Source of the DNA: Octopus vulgaris
Lineage: Eukaryota
Reading direction: 5' to 3'
DNA length: 64,000 nucleotides
Assembly (NCBI GenBank): GCA_951406725.2
Contig: OX597815.1
Location: forward strand, 41,106,001 to 41,170,000
Shown here: piece after piece, positions 26,361 to 41,610 of the stretch
How the letters are laid out: each line of letters opens with the position of its first letter
Numbering within the stretch: position 1 is the first letter of the stretch
Position numbers and translations under genes: made by a program
The notes under the pieces: generated by a model
Told to the model about the DNA's origin: nothing
Databases searched by the model: none
What the model saw: the letters and a program-made list of their open reading frames with translations, nothing else

Positions 26361-27400
26361 CATGCATATACATACAGACATATATATATATATATATACA
26401 TATACATAAATATATATATATATACATATATATATATGTATATATATACATATGCATATGAAGCTGGTGAAATATTGTTTCTTATATATATTGTTTAAGT
26501 GCTAAAACAATATAATATAGTGTACTTCACCAACTTTTGACTACTTTGGCTTTTATTAATATGTGTGCGTATGTGTATGTGAGTCTGTAAGTATACACAA
26601 ATATGCCCATGCATATATATCTATATATATATATATATACACACTCACATGCATATATGTACATGCATATGTGTGTATATGCATGTGCAAGTGTATATTT
26701 ATGTACATACACACACACATACATACATATATGCATGCATCTGAAAATGAATTTTTGAACTGTAGTTAAGGAATGGGTGGTATTATCCCTTCCAGAACTG
26801 TCTATTTAATTGTCATTTGTTTCCGTATTTTCTTTGTTTTTACTCCATTAAATCACTGAGGCAAGTAGAGAAATGTGCCTTGTTAATTGGCACACACAAT
26901 ACACTGCTTATGGCAGGGTTTGAACCTATGATCTCTATGTCATGAGTCCATCAACCATATACAGATATGTGTGCTGAAGTACACAGATACATACTAACAG
27001 ATTTACTCACAGTTGTTTTAGACTATGTGAACATACTGAGAATTTATGCAATGTAGAAATGTCTATGAAAACATGAATATGTATAATATATAACTTAGCA
27101 TGTAAATGTATGTGTCTACATGTATATGTATGTACAAATATATATGTATATATATGTGTGTATGTATGTGTATATGTACACATAGTCCTTTGATTTTTTT
27201 CTTTTTATTAAAATCGCAAAACATTTTTGTATAGTTGAATATGAATTAAACATTCTGTCAAACATAGAAATTACATATATATGTATGTGGTATGTATGTG
27301 TGTGTGTGTGTGTATGTATATGTATATAGGTGTGTATACACACACACACATATATATATACGTGTATAAATATAAATAAATAAATAAATATATATATATA
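22975..27400. repeat. Dense microsatellite field ((TA)n, (CA)n, (CTAT)n, (TACA)n) downstream of the stop codon
   Basis: Seen directly; source of dozens of spurious ORFs. Confidence 0.9.
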
Positions 27401-27664
27401 TAAGAAAATAAAGAAGGAAAATGCACACACTTTACATAGTTTTCATATAATTTTTTATATATCTTATATTGTGTTTGTTGACCAGTTTCACTTTCACTAT
27501 TCGTGACACTAAAATTTATTTAAATATGTATATTCTTAAGAAGAATTTTTTTGTCCATGTTGTGTGTGGAGTTTATGAATGAACAATTTAACAATTAGAA
27601 AAATCTAAGGGGAAGTATTGTGGACAGTGGAGATAATTTTCAATTTTCGGCAGGGGGCAGCGGA

Positions 27665-27695
<31 letters not shown>

Positions 27696-28770
27696 AAAAT
27701 TCAAAAACTAGAGTGGTGGGGAGAAATATGCACAGTGATGGGGTATGTAATCATGAATTAAAATATGTTTAGAGATCAAAGTTGGTTATGTGTGCATATT
27801 TAGACGTGTTCTATATTTTCTATATTTAAATGTTCTTTATGTAGAGTGGTTCTCCGTCTCAATGTCATACTTGTCTGTTCTATATTGTGATGTCCACAAC
27901 CCGAGCAGGTTATTACATAAAATAAGTTCTCAGAGGTACAAGTGAAGTTGGTTTTAATTGTGAACCTCTCTCCTTGTTTGAAAAGGAAATCTGAGCCTTC
28001 AAGTAGATAGGGGCATGTTCCACAGTATGGGCATCCACATTTTTTAGCTGTTGGTTTCATGGTTGTTGTGCAAAGCTTAGTATTTGTTAGAAGTCTCTTT
28101 AGTGATCTGTGTTGCTTTTTGCATTTGATGAGTTTATGTGATTTCAGGATGTTCATTTTTGGATCTCTAGTTAGCAATGGCAGATTTTGCACAATAGTGT
28201 TGTATGCTTCATTGTTTCTAGGGTTGTGGGTTGATATATACAGTAGTGTTTTGGGATGAGGTGTGGTGTTATGTTTTGTTGTCCTTAGTGTTATTATGTC
28301 TCATTTCTTGGCACGCTTAATTCCATCGTTTATAAGTGAGGGCAGATATTCTCTTTCCATTAGTGCTGTTTTGAGTTCTTGAAGAAGAAAGTCTCAAGTA
28401 GTTCTATCAGACACTATTGTGCAAATCCTTTTTGCCAAATTAAAGGGGATATTTATTTTGATGTGTTTCAGGTGACATGAGCTAAAAAGGAGATATTGTT
28501 TTGAGTGCATTGGTTCATGATAGATGTCAGTTATAATTTGTTTGTTAACTTCTTTTATCATAATATCCCAAAATGGGAACTCATTCATAAACTCCACACA
28601 TAACATGGACAAAAAATTCTTCTTAAAAAAAATATGTATTTAAATAAATTTTAATGTCAGGAACAGTGAAAGCAAAACCGGTTGGCAAACACAATACAAG
28701 CTATATTAAAAATTATATGAAAACTATGCAAAGTGTGCGCATTTTCCTTCTTTAATTTCTTATATATATT
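27395..28770 (-). mobile_element. 5'-truncated Penelope-like element (RT thumb plus GIY-YIG endonuclease) flanked by inverted terminal repeats
   Basis: TDIYHEPMHSKQYLLFSSCH..HIKINIPFNLAKRI (RT C-terminus) and CGCPYCGTC...NLFYVITCSGC...EQT (endonuclease). 27395-27583 is the reverse complement of 28580-28770. Confidence 0.9.
27477..27509 (-). ncRNA. CpG-decayed atypical minimal hammerhead motif (second copy 28654-28686, plus strand)
   Basis: gtgtc-ACGAATA-gt-gaaa-gt-GAAA-ctgg-TC-aac versus atgtc-AGGAACA-gt-gaaa-gc-AAAA-ccgg-TT-ggc. Reconstructed ancestor: gtc-A(C/G)GAA(T/C)A-gc-gaaa-gc-GAAA-CCGG-TC-gac. Confidence 0.45.
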
Positions 28771-28813
28771 ACAACTCACCACGTGGGGATGATCGAAATT
28801 GTTCCCTTTTTAT

Positions 28814-28858
<45 letters not shown>

Positions 28859-28871
28859 CACACATACAAAC

Positions 28872-28904
<33 letters not shown>

Positions 28905-31900
28905 TACACAGAGGATGCTTAAAATACAAAAAGAGAAAACAAATTTAATATATATGATATATATAAGTGCACAGGCCTTTAGTCTTCAACCTGAACTGAA
29001 AGTGAATCTCTATCACAATGTGAAACACTGGGTTTTCAGTTTTGCTTGTGCCACCTTCCAAAATAAGAAGACAACAACGAATGAGATGTGTGAACCACCT
29101 CAAGCAGAAAGAACAGGTATAAAGGTACAAAGAGAAAGTTAAATCAAATGACTTAACAGGCAATCGAAAGTGCACCACAAACATAACTTTGTGGAAATTT
29201 AACAGTATTCTGCTACAATGCCAGTACACTTATGAATACATCTAATTGTCATGTATGCAGCATCAATCAGATGCCATTCCAGAGTATATAATCATGTGTT
29301 GACAATCTATATTTCCTTGTCTTGGCTGGTTTAGTTTAGTTGTATATTTGCCAGTCTCTAAAGATTGACTGTTGACTATGTTGTTGCCATTAAAGGTTTA
29401 GTTATGGATGTTGGTTACACATAATGAAACTTTCTCTTCACATCATCCAAATTTAATTCCCTTTTGTAAACTTAACTGAAGCAAGGGAAATCATTACTAT
29501 TTTTCCTTTTCCAGAGGTAGCTTCCACACAGATACTTAACTTGTAACTAGAAATAGCAACCAAATTTCTTTAAAATCATACATTATCGTTTAAAAGAAAA
29601 GGAAGTATATTCGATAATGTAGCCCTTGACACTCTTTGACTGGAAACAAAATTGGAAAATCACAGCTGGAATATTTTGATCATAAATGTAATCAATCAAT
29701 GCTGACAGAGTTAAACAGCAACACTAGTGTTTTACTTGTCTAGTTTATGTTTATGAATATCAAAGTTACATTGAGGTAATATTTCAAATGGAAATTGAAG
29801 ATAAATATTAAATCAACTCTATTTTTATATGTAATAATATTACTAAGATAGATAATGAATTTATTACTAAACTATAAAATATTACAAAATTCAAAATAAT
29901 CTATTACTAATATTATTACTTTACATTTTGAGTTCAAATCCTACTTGAGGTCAGCTTTATCTTTCATTTATTCAGGGTCAATAAAATAAGTACCAGTCAA
30001 GTGGAGTTAATATAATTGGCTATATCTCTTCCTCAAATTTGTGACCTTGTATCACTATTACAAATAAAAATTATTACTAATATAAATTAGCATAATAACT
30101 TTAAAATTTTAATTTAAAAAGAAAAAAACAAAATCTTTTTATTTATTTTTACAAGTTATTTTACTTATTTAAGTTTTATATATTTTGTTTGACTGGCAGA
30201 AATGAATCAAACAAAATGTTTTGACTGATTTCTATCAAATTTCTCTGTATAAATGTACGTTTCTCTGTGTGGCTTGAATCAACATTGATATTTTTCAACG
30301 AATTTTTTCCTAAATTTGCACACAACTCCCAAATCATTCCAAAATAATGCATGGAGAAAAAAAATTTGGGTCCAAATCCCTTTCCCACCACCCTGGGGAA
30401 AGCAAAAAGAATTTAAGAAAAGAGGTACTGGAAAATTAATGGAGTGGTAGTAGAATAGGACTTTTAGTGTGAGATGTAGTTTATGATGTTAAACTCTGCT
30501 TTCTTTCTCTTTCAGTTTCTTTTTAGTTTTTTGCACTCTCTCTCTCTCTCTTCAGCTCCCTCTTGTCTTTCTTTGTCTCACCTTTATTTTTTCTCTCATT
30601 CACAGAACACATGTACATTCTCACAAATATATACACACTACATACAACACAACACTCACACACTTTGTCACTCGTCTAAGAAGTATATACAACATATACT
30701 AGAAATCTGTTAGTTAATAAAATCCCTTATTTAAAAATCATACCTTTGAAAAGTTAGTATGCAGTTTCAAACCCCACAAAAAGTAGAAAATAAATTATTT
30801 GCTAATTGTTTCACATCCAATTTGTCTATATTTATAAAATATTAAGATGTTATACTCTATAAATCAGTCTGTTAATTTCACATTGTCACACTGATGTTAA
30901 GAGAAAGCACTGGATTATCTTAAACTTTCCCACAATATTATCCAAGCTCTTCTATTTAGGAAGTTTATCAATTATTTGTTATGGACCTGGAGCTAAGAAC
31001 CAGGTTTCAAGGAACCCCTTACAGCATAGATAAAAGAGAAGTAATACAAAGCAAATCAAAACAAAATCACACATCTCTCCTGTTGTAGAACTAATTAGAA
31101 TTAGTGAATGAGTTTGTTATAATAATGTCAATCTATGTAGGACTGGTGAGTTGGTAGACACTGTAAAATATTTCCATTTAATTGCAGTGTTTCAGGATTT
31201 ACTAAATTGCAGTATTTAGTTAATTACAGTATTTAATTTTTGTGCAGTATTCTTCAAAGTGATATCCTGCCAAGGTCAATTTTATCTTGTCAGAAACAAA
31301 ATTACAAAATGGTCATGGCTGGAATGCTTTTGACTATAGGTCTTCTCAGTTAAAGTTTAGGCAAGCAACAACAACAACAACAACACCCTTAACAACTACA
31401 TGAATAACATCAAAAACTACACCACAAAAAACCATGTAATCCAAAAGATTTTTGTTGTATTTTTTATTATTTTATTTTCACCTCTTTTTACACAATTTTA
31501 TTTATGGACTTCTTTTGATATATTCTAAATAAATTTATTCTATAGATAGTTTGATCCCACTGCAGAATCTACGATGCAATCTTACTGTTTTTCTTGGTGC
31601 TCAGGCTTCAGAAGCCATATATAATTTCTGTTGGTATGCTAGAGAATCTGTTTTGCAAGAAACCATTTCAACAGTAACTTGAGAAATATCTTTCAAAGAA
31701 GTGTGTATTTAACTTGTATTATAATCCAAGCATATTCATATAATTCAAACATATACTCCTTGTTCACACAAGAACATAATAATCTCATTGAATGAATGTG
31801 TTACATTGTGTCTTTAGTAAAGTGATTTAAGTGTTGATAGCCCAGTCCACCTAAGCAGCAAATATATACCATGTGGAGGTAGATTCACTGATGTGGGCAG

Positions 31901-34659
31901 CAGGGCCACTGTACAGCTAATGAGTATTTTGATAGCTTATAGTGTTGAGTTCACATCAGTCTGTGACAGAATCCTGCAGTGCTGTGGTATTTCTATACAA
32001 CGGCAGAGGTGATAGAAGCAGAGATGGGTGGGCATGACTCTTAACCACTTAAAGTCATGAAAACTGGGCTAAACTCTAGCGCATCTCAACTACAACACTG
32101 GACGCCATTCATAGGCAGGTGATGTTTACAAGAATCTAAGGTGAAAGATCCTGCTCAAACTATGTTTAATCAATAGCTCTTTTCCAATACTCTGGACACT
32201 GTTTTTTCTAACCTGTCAATTTTTCCAGACCCAGTCACATCCCACCATTGACCTTCACTCATTCACATTCCATTAATATCCCATAGCTTCAGCCATCCTT
32301 TCATTGTTCCAAACATTTCTCACTTCCACCAATAACTAACCATTCATAAATACTAAATACTCCTAACTCTGTGTTAACTGAACCACAAGGAATGATAGAT
32401 AAGATGACTGAATGAATGGTAAATATTGTTTGTCGTAAACTTTTTTTTTTACACATTATGTTTTTTTTTTCCTTAAAAAATATAAAAAATAAAGTAAAAA
32501 GAAAATTATAACATTCTTTGCATTTGTTGGGTTTTAATAATTTAATCCAATGAAATTTTCTTCCATATATTTTGCAGATATAAATAAATGAAAAGCATTT
32601 TGTCTTGTTTTTGTACAACAATAGTTTGTTTTACATGCATTTGTGAGATCAAATTCTACATTTATATTTAATATGGTGAGCTTGTTAAATCATATTTATT
32701 TGTTTTAGATGCTCAGCTTTTGCTGTCTCCTACTATTTAAAAAATTTTCTATCCCATTATTTATTGTTGCAGATTCTATTGTGTCGATTGTTGTTAATAT
32801 GTTCCACATTTTAAAAAATTCTGCTGTTTTCTTTGATTACCTAAATTTTTTTTTTAAAGAAGTCAATGTTAATTACACATTTTAAGCTGCAGAAGTAGTT
32901 GCTTGTGTAAACTGAGGTTGTACTTTGGAATCAAAATTGATCCTATTAAAACTTTTTTTTAAACAAACTTGCTATTAAAAAAAAATTCACAAAAAGAACG
33001 AAAATCAATATAATGGAAGAAAACAGACTCTGCTTGCATGCAGCAATGTTTTCAAGGGACACGTAGGAAAACTGCAATCCTACCACAACTTGTGGAATGA
33101 GGGAACATGTTTCACTCTGACTATTAAAAAAAATGTAATATTACTAATGATATATTTTAAATTTAAAATAATTTATTTCTTACAAAATTAAAAGAAAGAG
33201 ACAGGCATTTTTCTAATGACAGCTTTGCTGCATAGATTAAAATATAAACATTTTCAAACTAGTTGATTGCTATTTTTTGTGTAATTGGTATTATACACTT
33301 TACTGAAAAACATGATATGTGAGCTTTCTCTTCTCAAATTAGCAAAGTACTACTGCTTGTAAATGAAATAATTAATCACTAGTTTTTTTCATTCATGTCA
33401 TTAGCTCTGCCTGATGTTAAGAATTTGGGTGGGAATTTTAGTTTGAAATTGGTATGAAATTTCAAATTGATAATAAAAATGATGTTCTCATTAACCAAAA
33501 TTCGGAATTAAAAAAGAAAAAAATGGATAAACAAAAAGGTTACAAACTGAAATCAAAATTCCATTTCAAACTGAAATAAAAAAAAATAAATCTGAAACTA
33601 GAATTCAAACAGAAATTTTTTTTGTATAAATAAAGGAATAAGTTTGAATAGTTTTGATTTCCAATTTCAAAATTTTTGTGTATGATTTTATTTTATGAAA
33701 ACATCTCATACAAACTGGAAATAATCTAAAAAGATTTATTAAACATTTTATTTTGGTTAAAAGTACTTTATATTATATATAGAGTATTTGTCTATGATAC
33801 AAGTACATTTAAAACATTAATTTTTTTTAGAAATTGTCATTTATACAACTTTTAAAATGAATTTTTGTTTATTTTTCAAATCTTGCCCTTCTTTTTTAAT
33901 TGTTAAAAGAAATCATATTTCTTGGGTTTATATATTTATTTCTTAGCATTGTGATTCTATTCTTTAATACATAGCCCTTATTTTGGATGCTTTTTGAATG
34001 AAATTTAAGTAACACTTAACCAAATACCCACTCATACACACACACATATATATTCTTATATACATTCCCACAGTTATGTTAAATATGTAGTTCTAAAATT
34101 GATTATCAAGTGTGTTTGGCTGGAAGCCCAAAAGTTACATTCCTTTCCATGACTTACGTATTATCTTTGAAGAGAGTGTAGTGGCTGAATGGTTAAGATG
34201 CTGAATTCAATTATTTGTTTCTGTACATAATAGGTTCAATATCTCATTGCAGATATTGCATCATGTTCATATATATTATGTTGATATAGCTGAAAAATAA
34301 GGACTGCCTTTTGTAATAACTGAGTGATAAGCATTTTTCTGTTGAAATAATAACTGTTATAGATTTTGTCTGTCCATCCAACTTATGAAGCAATGATTGT
34401 AAAATATAAAAACAAAAACAGGAAAAAAAACAACACAATGGAAGAACTGCAATTCTACATAATATCAAGCATATATATACACTCACCACACAGATTTGCA
34501 TACAGAAACATGTATGTATAGAATAGATAATAATATTAATGAAAGTAACAATATTTTTATATTGGCACAAAAATATTACAAAACAAAAGTACAGAATAAA
34601 GGAAAGGATTTGACGAGCGATTTAAATAATAATAATAATAATAATAATACTAATAATCA

Positions 34660-36830
34660 TCATCATCATCATCATTGTTGTCGTCATCGTCATCATCATC
34701 ATCATCGTCATCATCATCATCTTATGTCTGTTTTTCCATGCATACATGGGTTGGATGGATCTTCTCCAGCACAGCTTCCCACCACCTGTTGCAGTCCTTT
34801 GTCATCTCCTTTGTGACGTTCAGTGTTGTTATATTAGCCTTCATCATTTCATCCCTTCTTCTCTTCAGTCTTCCTTTTCTATACTTCTATGACGTGGCCC
34901 TTCTTTACCCAAATATCATCTGCCATATGCATCACATATCTCAACCAGCTTAGTCTTCTCCCTTGAATACTACATCCAATTCTTATACTCAGCTTTTCTC
35001 TCTGCCCATACTGTATTCCATTGTTTATTCCCATTAACATTACCTTTCCAGTAGAGCATGCCCCCTTCCTTTTTTTCAGTCTTTGCATAACCTCTCTGTT
35101 CAATGACCGTGCTTTATTACCATTCAATATTGTACTTCACACAAAAGTATTATAGAAACTGCTTAGAATCCCTTCATTTTCAGAAGAGATAATAACTTTC
35201 TGGTCTTTTTCTGCTTCTTTTCTTACTCTGTCTACCACACTTTCACAGTACCCTCCACCACTGCTGGTTAGGTTACCTAAGTACCAGAAACTATCAACTA
35301 CTGGTATTTGAAAGAATTAATTTCATGTGAGCTTTATTGTTAACTAATGCAGTACATCTACTACAAAGCTTTCCTTGTTAGCTTGCCTCTGACCCCACTG
35401 CAGTTCTTGTGCACCCAGGTACACCAAATGAGATTTCTACTGACTTGCTTTCTTCACATTGAGCATGGCTACTACCTATGTAGCAGTAGAGTCCTGTCTT
35501 CTTTACTTTGTAGACTTTTGCTTTTGTTTGATATATTTTAAAGCTTTTCTATTCTAGGTGTTACTTCCATCTTCGGAATTCTTAAACTAATTCTTTGATA
35601 CGTCAAGCTATTGAAACTACAACATAAGTACAATGAAGTTTCCAAAGATGCCCAGTCTTAAATTTTCTTGCTATGATCTGGAGAACTATAATAAGCAGGA
35701 GGAACCTGAGATCCAAATGAGAATCTAACTGCACACTAAACTCCCCACTGAATTCATTGCTAACTTGCATCTTGCTGAAGCACATATACACAAGGTTTGC
35801 ACAACTCTTACTAGACACTCATCTACACCTCATTTTCTTAGCAATTGACCAACTAGAGAGCATGATACTAAATCAATGAATGTTAGGTATAGTGGCTTTA
35901 GAAGGCATCAGTGTTACTCTGTTCTGAATCAAACTCAAACTGTATCTCATCTAAACTAATTCTCTTCCTAATTAGTCGTACAACTCTTTGTTACTTTCAT
36001 AATTGGTCTGTCAATTTGATGCTTCTAATTTGTTTCTTTGTCTTCACAGATGACAATGTTACTGCTAAGCCAATCATTAGGGAAGATGCCTTCCTATACT
36101 ATCTAATTAGTTATGCAAGTGACTAGCATATATTCTACTTCATATATTTTTGTAACTATCCATGATGGTTTATCCCTTCATATATTTAATTGCTCTTTCT
36201 CTTTTAACTGTATAGCAGTCAACTTCAATGACTGATTTCCCTATTGGATCTACTTGATGTAGACCCTCTCTCTCTTATTTATCCTCTACATTCAGCAACA
36301 TTTCCATGCCTCTTTCTTCTTGGTGTCAATAGAGATGTCCTACTATCAAATCAAATATACTTTTCACCAATTGATACACACTAACATACTGTTTTACAAT
36401 CCAAAACATCTCAAAGCCCTGCTTCTTTTATAGTAGAACATTGACAAACTTCTTACTTTCAGCTTCTCTCTACTAAATATACCAAATATCTCGTTGCTTT
36501 TCTAGCTGCCTGATATTATTCCTTGCTTACCTATTACTTCCAATTTTTTTCAGGTCTGCTTCTTACTTCCTAATGCTCCATCTATCATACTATTCTACCA
36601 CCATGTAATTTTCTTCTTGACTGAAATTTTGCTCCATCCACAGATTTGGTCTTGATTATAGTTAGTTTTCTCATAGAGACTCATAATTGCTTTAAGTTCT
36701 CATCAGATGCATAACCTAGCATTTCTTTGAAATTATGTCCAAGGCATCTTTCAGCTTCTATACTTTGTCTTCACTCTATGCCTATCAAGGTTTTATCCTG
36801 AGGTCATTGATCACTTAGGTATGTAAGTGC
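34660..36830 (-). mobile_element. Old, heavily degraded RTE-LINE
   Basis: LLIIVLQIIARKFKTGHLWKL and RRLSWLRYVMHMADD align with the RTE at 13.3-14.5 kb; (CAT)n tail at ~34660-34720. Confidence 0.75.
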
Positions 36831-39441
36831 ATGTATATATGCATATGTCTATATAGATATCTAGATCTTAATTTTATCTATTTGTCTGTTTATCTATAAA
36901 TATGTATGTATATTGTGTGTGTGTATATATTTGTATATTAGAAAGAAAGAATGAACAAGCAAAACATGGGGTCCACTTTAGCGCATGTAATTTATAATTC
37001 AAACATAATTGCAGAGTTGTTAGATTAAGTAAAGGTTTAAGAAATAATGCATATTGTATGTATGTATGTATGTATGTATGTATGCATGCATGTATGTATG
37101 CATGCATGTATGTATGCATGTGTGTATGTGTGTATGTATGTGTGTGTGTTTGTACATGCATATACACTAATTTAAGTTAATTATATATAAACAAACAAAA
37201 TAAAAAGGAACCTAAAAAAGAAGGGAAAAGATTAATGCTCACTTATAAAGTGTATGAAGATCCCCTTAAATCTTATTACTCTTCACTCCACAGAAGAAGG
37301 AATTCACTTCTTCCTTCAGAAAACATACAGAGATACCTCATTCCTCAACACTGGTATTCACCTTCCATAAAATTCATCCTAGATAGAAGGAATTCTTTCT
37401 AGATTCCTAACCTTGTCATCAAATAATATTTAAAAAAAGGTTAAAAAAATGGTGTATATTTAGTTGGAGATAAAATGATGATTCTGTCATTAGACATTGT
37501 TGATGACAAGATCTAGCTCACACAATATCTTCTCTTTGATATCAGTGCATAGAGTTGCAGTCTGTGAACATGGTTAAGAACATTTACTTTATTTTTTCTT
37601 TTGTAGAATTTTTGGAAATTGTACATAATACTCCATCTAACCCTACCCACTACCCCAAAAAAAGGCTGTGCCAAGCTCCCTTGTTAAGGCTGTGAGTATA
37701 TTCTCAGGCATTATTGCTCATGTTCATCACTAATCCTGAATCTATAATACATTGGAAGGTACCAAACAGACTAGACTACCTAATCAAAGGGAGACAGTGA
37801 ACATCTCCCAACATGCATAAAGCATATATACATCATCTGTCTTCATAATTTTCACATGACTGTAGCCTTGTTAAATTAATTAGTCACAGGAAAGGATGAC
37901 CTAGAAAGGATAACCATGTTTGCTTTCCTCAGACAAATTTTGCATACATCATACATCTCAAATTTAGCTTGTGTTTGCACATCATAATTGGTAGAAGATA
38001 CTCCCTAAAAGTCCTTATGGAATTTAGTTAAGCCCTTGTATTACATCCTGAGTTCAAATCTGACCAGGGCTGACTTTAATTTTTATCCATTCTGTGTTAC
38101 GAAAATAATTAGCAACGAAATACCAAAGTTACTTTTATAGACATTTTTCCAGATCAAATATTTGTGGCTCTGGGCTTATGTTAGAAACTGTTAATTTCAC
38201 ATTTTTAAAAAGCCAAACATATTTAAAACTATAGTAAAGTATAAATCCATGCTTTTTATTTTTTTTTACAATATATGAACATGCACATACACATATGCAC
38301 ATGCTCACACATGTTTATATATATAAATATATGTATACACATACATATACAAACATGTACGAATATGTATTTGTATGAGTATATATATATATATGTATGT
38401 ACATATATGTGTGTTGTTGATTGTTGATTGTTGATTCTAGTTTCATACATGTGTGTGTGTCCTTATTTGTCAATGAAAGAGGAAGACTGTACTTAATACA
38501 TGTTGCATAAAAATTCTTCATTCGGAGTAAAACCTCTTTGACTCTCACTTCAAGTCTCATGTCAGTGTGATGATCTTCAGGAAAGAAATTTTCCCTTTCT
38601 GTCCACATATATTTTATATACATTGGAATTGGTAATTATCATTCTCAAAGATTTTTTTCTAGTATCATTTCTTTATACTGTTTATTGTGATGGTGGTGGG
38701 GAGTCATTGTTCACGACCAGTCTTTTGTTGCTTTAGTTTCCTATATTATTGCTTTAGTTTCTTATCTTATTTTGTTAAGTAGTTTTCCTACAGTATTGAC
38801 TGTTGTTTTTCTCATATTATTTACTAGTTTGATGCTTGTACTTTGTTTTCATTGGATGGGTTTACTGCTGCTTATTTTATGTATCATTATGATGTTTTGA
38901 ATGTTTTTCATATCTCTACATTTGATTGAATTTATGCTCTATTTCTGTTTACTCATTTCAGTTCCTTTCTTTCATATCTAGTTTACTGATATTCTTATTA
39001 TTCTTCTGAAGTCATTTCCTATTTATTTTGGTTATGGTTTGCTGGTTGTTTGTGACAGTGTTTCTGATATCCTATATACCAATATAAATGATGATGATAA
39101 TGATGATGATGATGATGATCGTGATATATTCTGTAGTTATTTCTTTAGTTTGTTTAAACCATGCTGGAGTACTACCTTCAGTATGTGTGCGTATCTGTCT
39201 GAATACGTGTATAAATGCATATATAGTATGGGAATATATGTCTGTACCTATCTGTGTGTGTTTGGGTATGCACATATGTATATATACATTTATACATGCA
39301 CTCAGAAACAATTATACACACACACACACATACACACACACACACACATATATACACACACATATATATACACACGCAGATCCACACATATGATATATAT
39401 GTATATATGTATGTATGTATGTATATGTATATATATATATG

Positions 39442-39496
<55 letters not shown>

Positions 39497-39548
39497 CACA
39501 CACATAAACATATACATACATATATATATGTGTGTGAGTGTGTGTGTA

Positions 39549-39588
<40 letters not shown>

Positions 39589-39853
39589 TATATATATACA
39601 CATGTATGTAAGTAAATACACAAACATGCACACACAGAGACATGCACTCAAACACACATACAAACACAAGATACATGTATATACATATATTGGCGTACCA
39701 ATTGAACATTTCTTTTTCTGTGTCTTCAGTTGCTTTTTAAACATTTTTGAAATAGCCAAAAAATTTTTGTTTAATTTAAGAATTTCTACCTCTTTTTTTT
39801 TTTGTAATATATAAACTAAATCTGGTGGAAAGAAAGAAAGAAAGAAAGAAAAT

Positions 39854-39898
39854 GGGGATGGGATGGGGTTGGATGGGGTGGGATGGGGTGGGATGGGG
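39854..39898 (+). other. G-quadruplex-forming repeat (GGGGAT/GGGAT)n
   Basis: Seven runs of 3 or more G separated by short loops. Confidence 0.6.
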
Positions 39899-40289
39899 AA
39901 GTATCTTGAAATTGTAATTTGACTAAAAGTATCAATATTGAACAACAACAGTAACAACAACAACCACCAACATTAAGAATAACAACAAAAAAACAGGAAA
40001 GTTAAAGAATTCAAGTGCAAAAAGAAAAAAAAAGAAAAAAGAAGAAAAGAAGAAACAAACTTGGTGCCACGTTGTTCAAAAGTGATGCGCCATGCTTACG
40101 TTACAATTTGTGTTACAATATTAAAAACTTGCAATGATGCTGTTTTAAATAGGATGTGACAATATGTTAATAAGTAATGTGCCAAAACATTTTTAAGATG
40201 TAATTTGTAAAACTGATTTACTAGGTTTTGCTGTATTTTTTTGTAAACTTTTTAAATTCATATTCAACACTTTTTAATGTTATGGACAT

Positions 40290-40313
40290 TCAGTTATTAT
40301 AATTATCATCATA

Positions 40314-40385
<72 letters not shown>

Positions 40386-40706
40386 TTTATTATTATTATA
40401 TTTATCATTATTATAATTATTATTAATATAATTTAAAATATTATCATTATTATTATTACTACTGTTATTAAGGCAGGGGGCTGGCAGAATCGTTAGCACC
40501 CCGGGCAGCAATTTTGTCCGTCCTTATGTTAAGAGTTCAAATTCTGCCGAGGTCAACTTTGCCTCTCATCCTTTCTGGGTTGATCAAATAAAGTACCAGT
40601 TATGCACTGGGTTGATGAAATTGACTAGCCCCCTTCCTCAAAGTTTCAGGCATTATGCCTATAGTAGAGAGTATTTAATATTATTATTATTATCATTATT
40701 ATCATT

Positions 40707-40737
<31 letters not shown>

Positions 40738-40925
40738 AATACAGTTAAATATATCTTTAATAATTTTTCTGTTTATTTTAAATACTTTATTATTGAAGTA
40801 TTACGATAAAATTATAAAAACATTACCATTATTATATGTCATATATTTAATACTAAATTATTAAATATTTTATAATATATATTATTTAACATATATTTTC
40901 TATTTTTATTACATTTTATTATTTC

Positions 40926-40957
<32 letters not shown>

Positions 40958-41257
40958 AACAATAACAGTATTATTTTTATTATTTATGGTTTGAGAAATA
41001 AATAAAAAATCTTCTTCTTCTTAGTATTATTATCATTATTATTATTATTAAAGCAGTGAGCAAAATTGTTACCATGCCAGACAAAATGTTTGCAGCATTT
41101 TGTCTGTCTTTACATTCTGACTTCAAATTTTGCTGAGGTTGACTTTGCCTTTCATCCTTTGGGGATTGATAAAATAAGTACTAGTTGATCACTGGGGTCT
41201 ATATATTTGACTGTCCCCGTCCCCCAAAATTTCTGCCCTATACCTATAGCAGAAAGG

Positions 41258-41299
<42 letters not shown>

Positions 41300-41560
41300 T
41301 TTATTACCATCATTATTATTATTATTATCATTATCTTTATTATTACTTAGGTGGTGAGCTGGCAGAATCGTTAGCATAGCAGACAAAACACTTGGTGATA
41401 TTTCGTCTGTCGCTGCTTTCTGTGTTCATATTCCACCGAGGACAACTTTGCTTTTCATCCTTTCAGAGTTGATAAATTATGTACCAGCTGAGTACTGGGG
41501 TTGATTTAATCGACTTGTCCCGTCCCCAAAATTTCAGGCCTTGTGCCTTTTGTAGAAAGG

Positions 41561-41604
<44 letters not shown>

Positions 41605-41610
41605 GATTAT
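40290..41610 (+). mobile_element. Cluster of three family B SINEs (~40470, ~41050, ~41350) embedded in (ATT)n tracts
   Basis: Repeated ggcagaatcgttagc...gaggtcaactttgcctttcatcc...caggccttgtgcc, each ending in (ATT)n. Confidence 0.85.

Noticed and set aside
22975-27430. Many [12 protein letters not shown] ORFs here and at 3.5, 39, 43, 53 and 62.8 kb
   Set aside because: Stop-free microsatellite frames.
38315-38623. Minus-strand ORF segment ERENFFPEDHHTDMRLEVRVKEVLLRMKNF
   Set aside because: No polypyrimidine acceptor, no recognisable homology, and it runs into a microsatellite.
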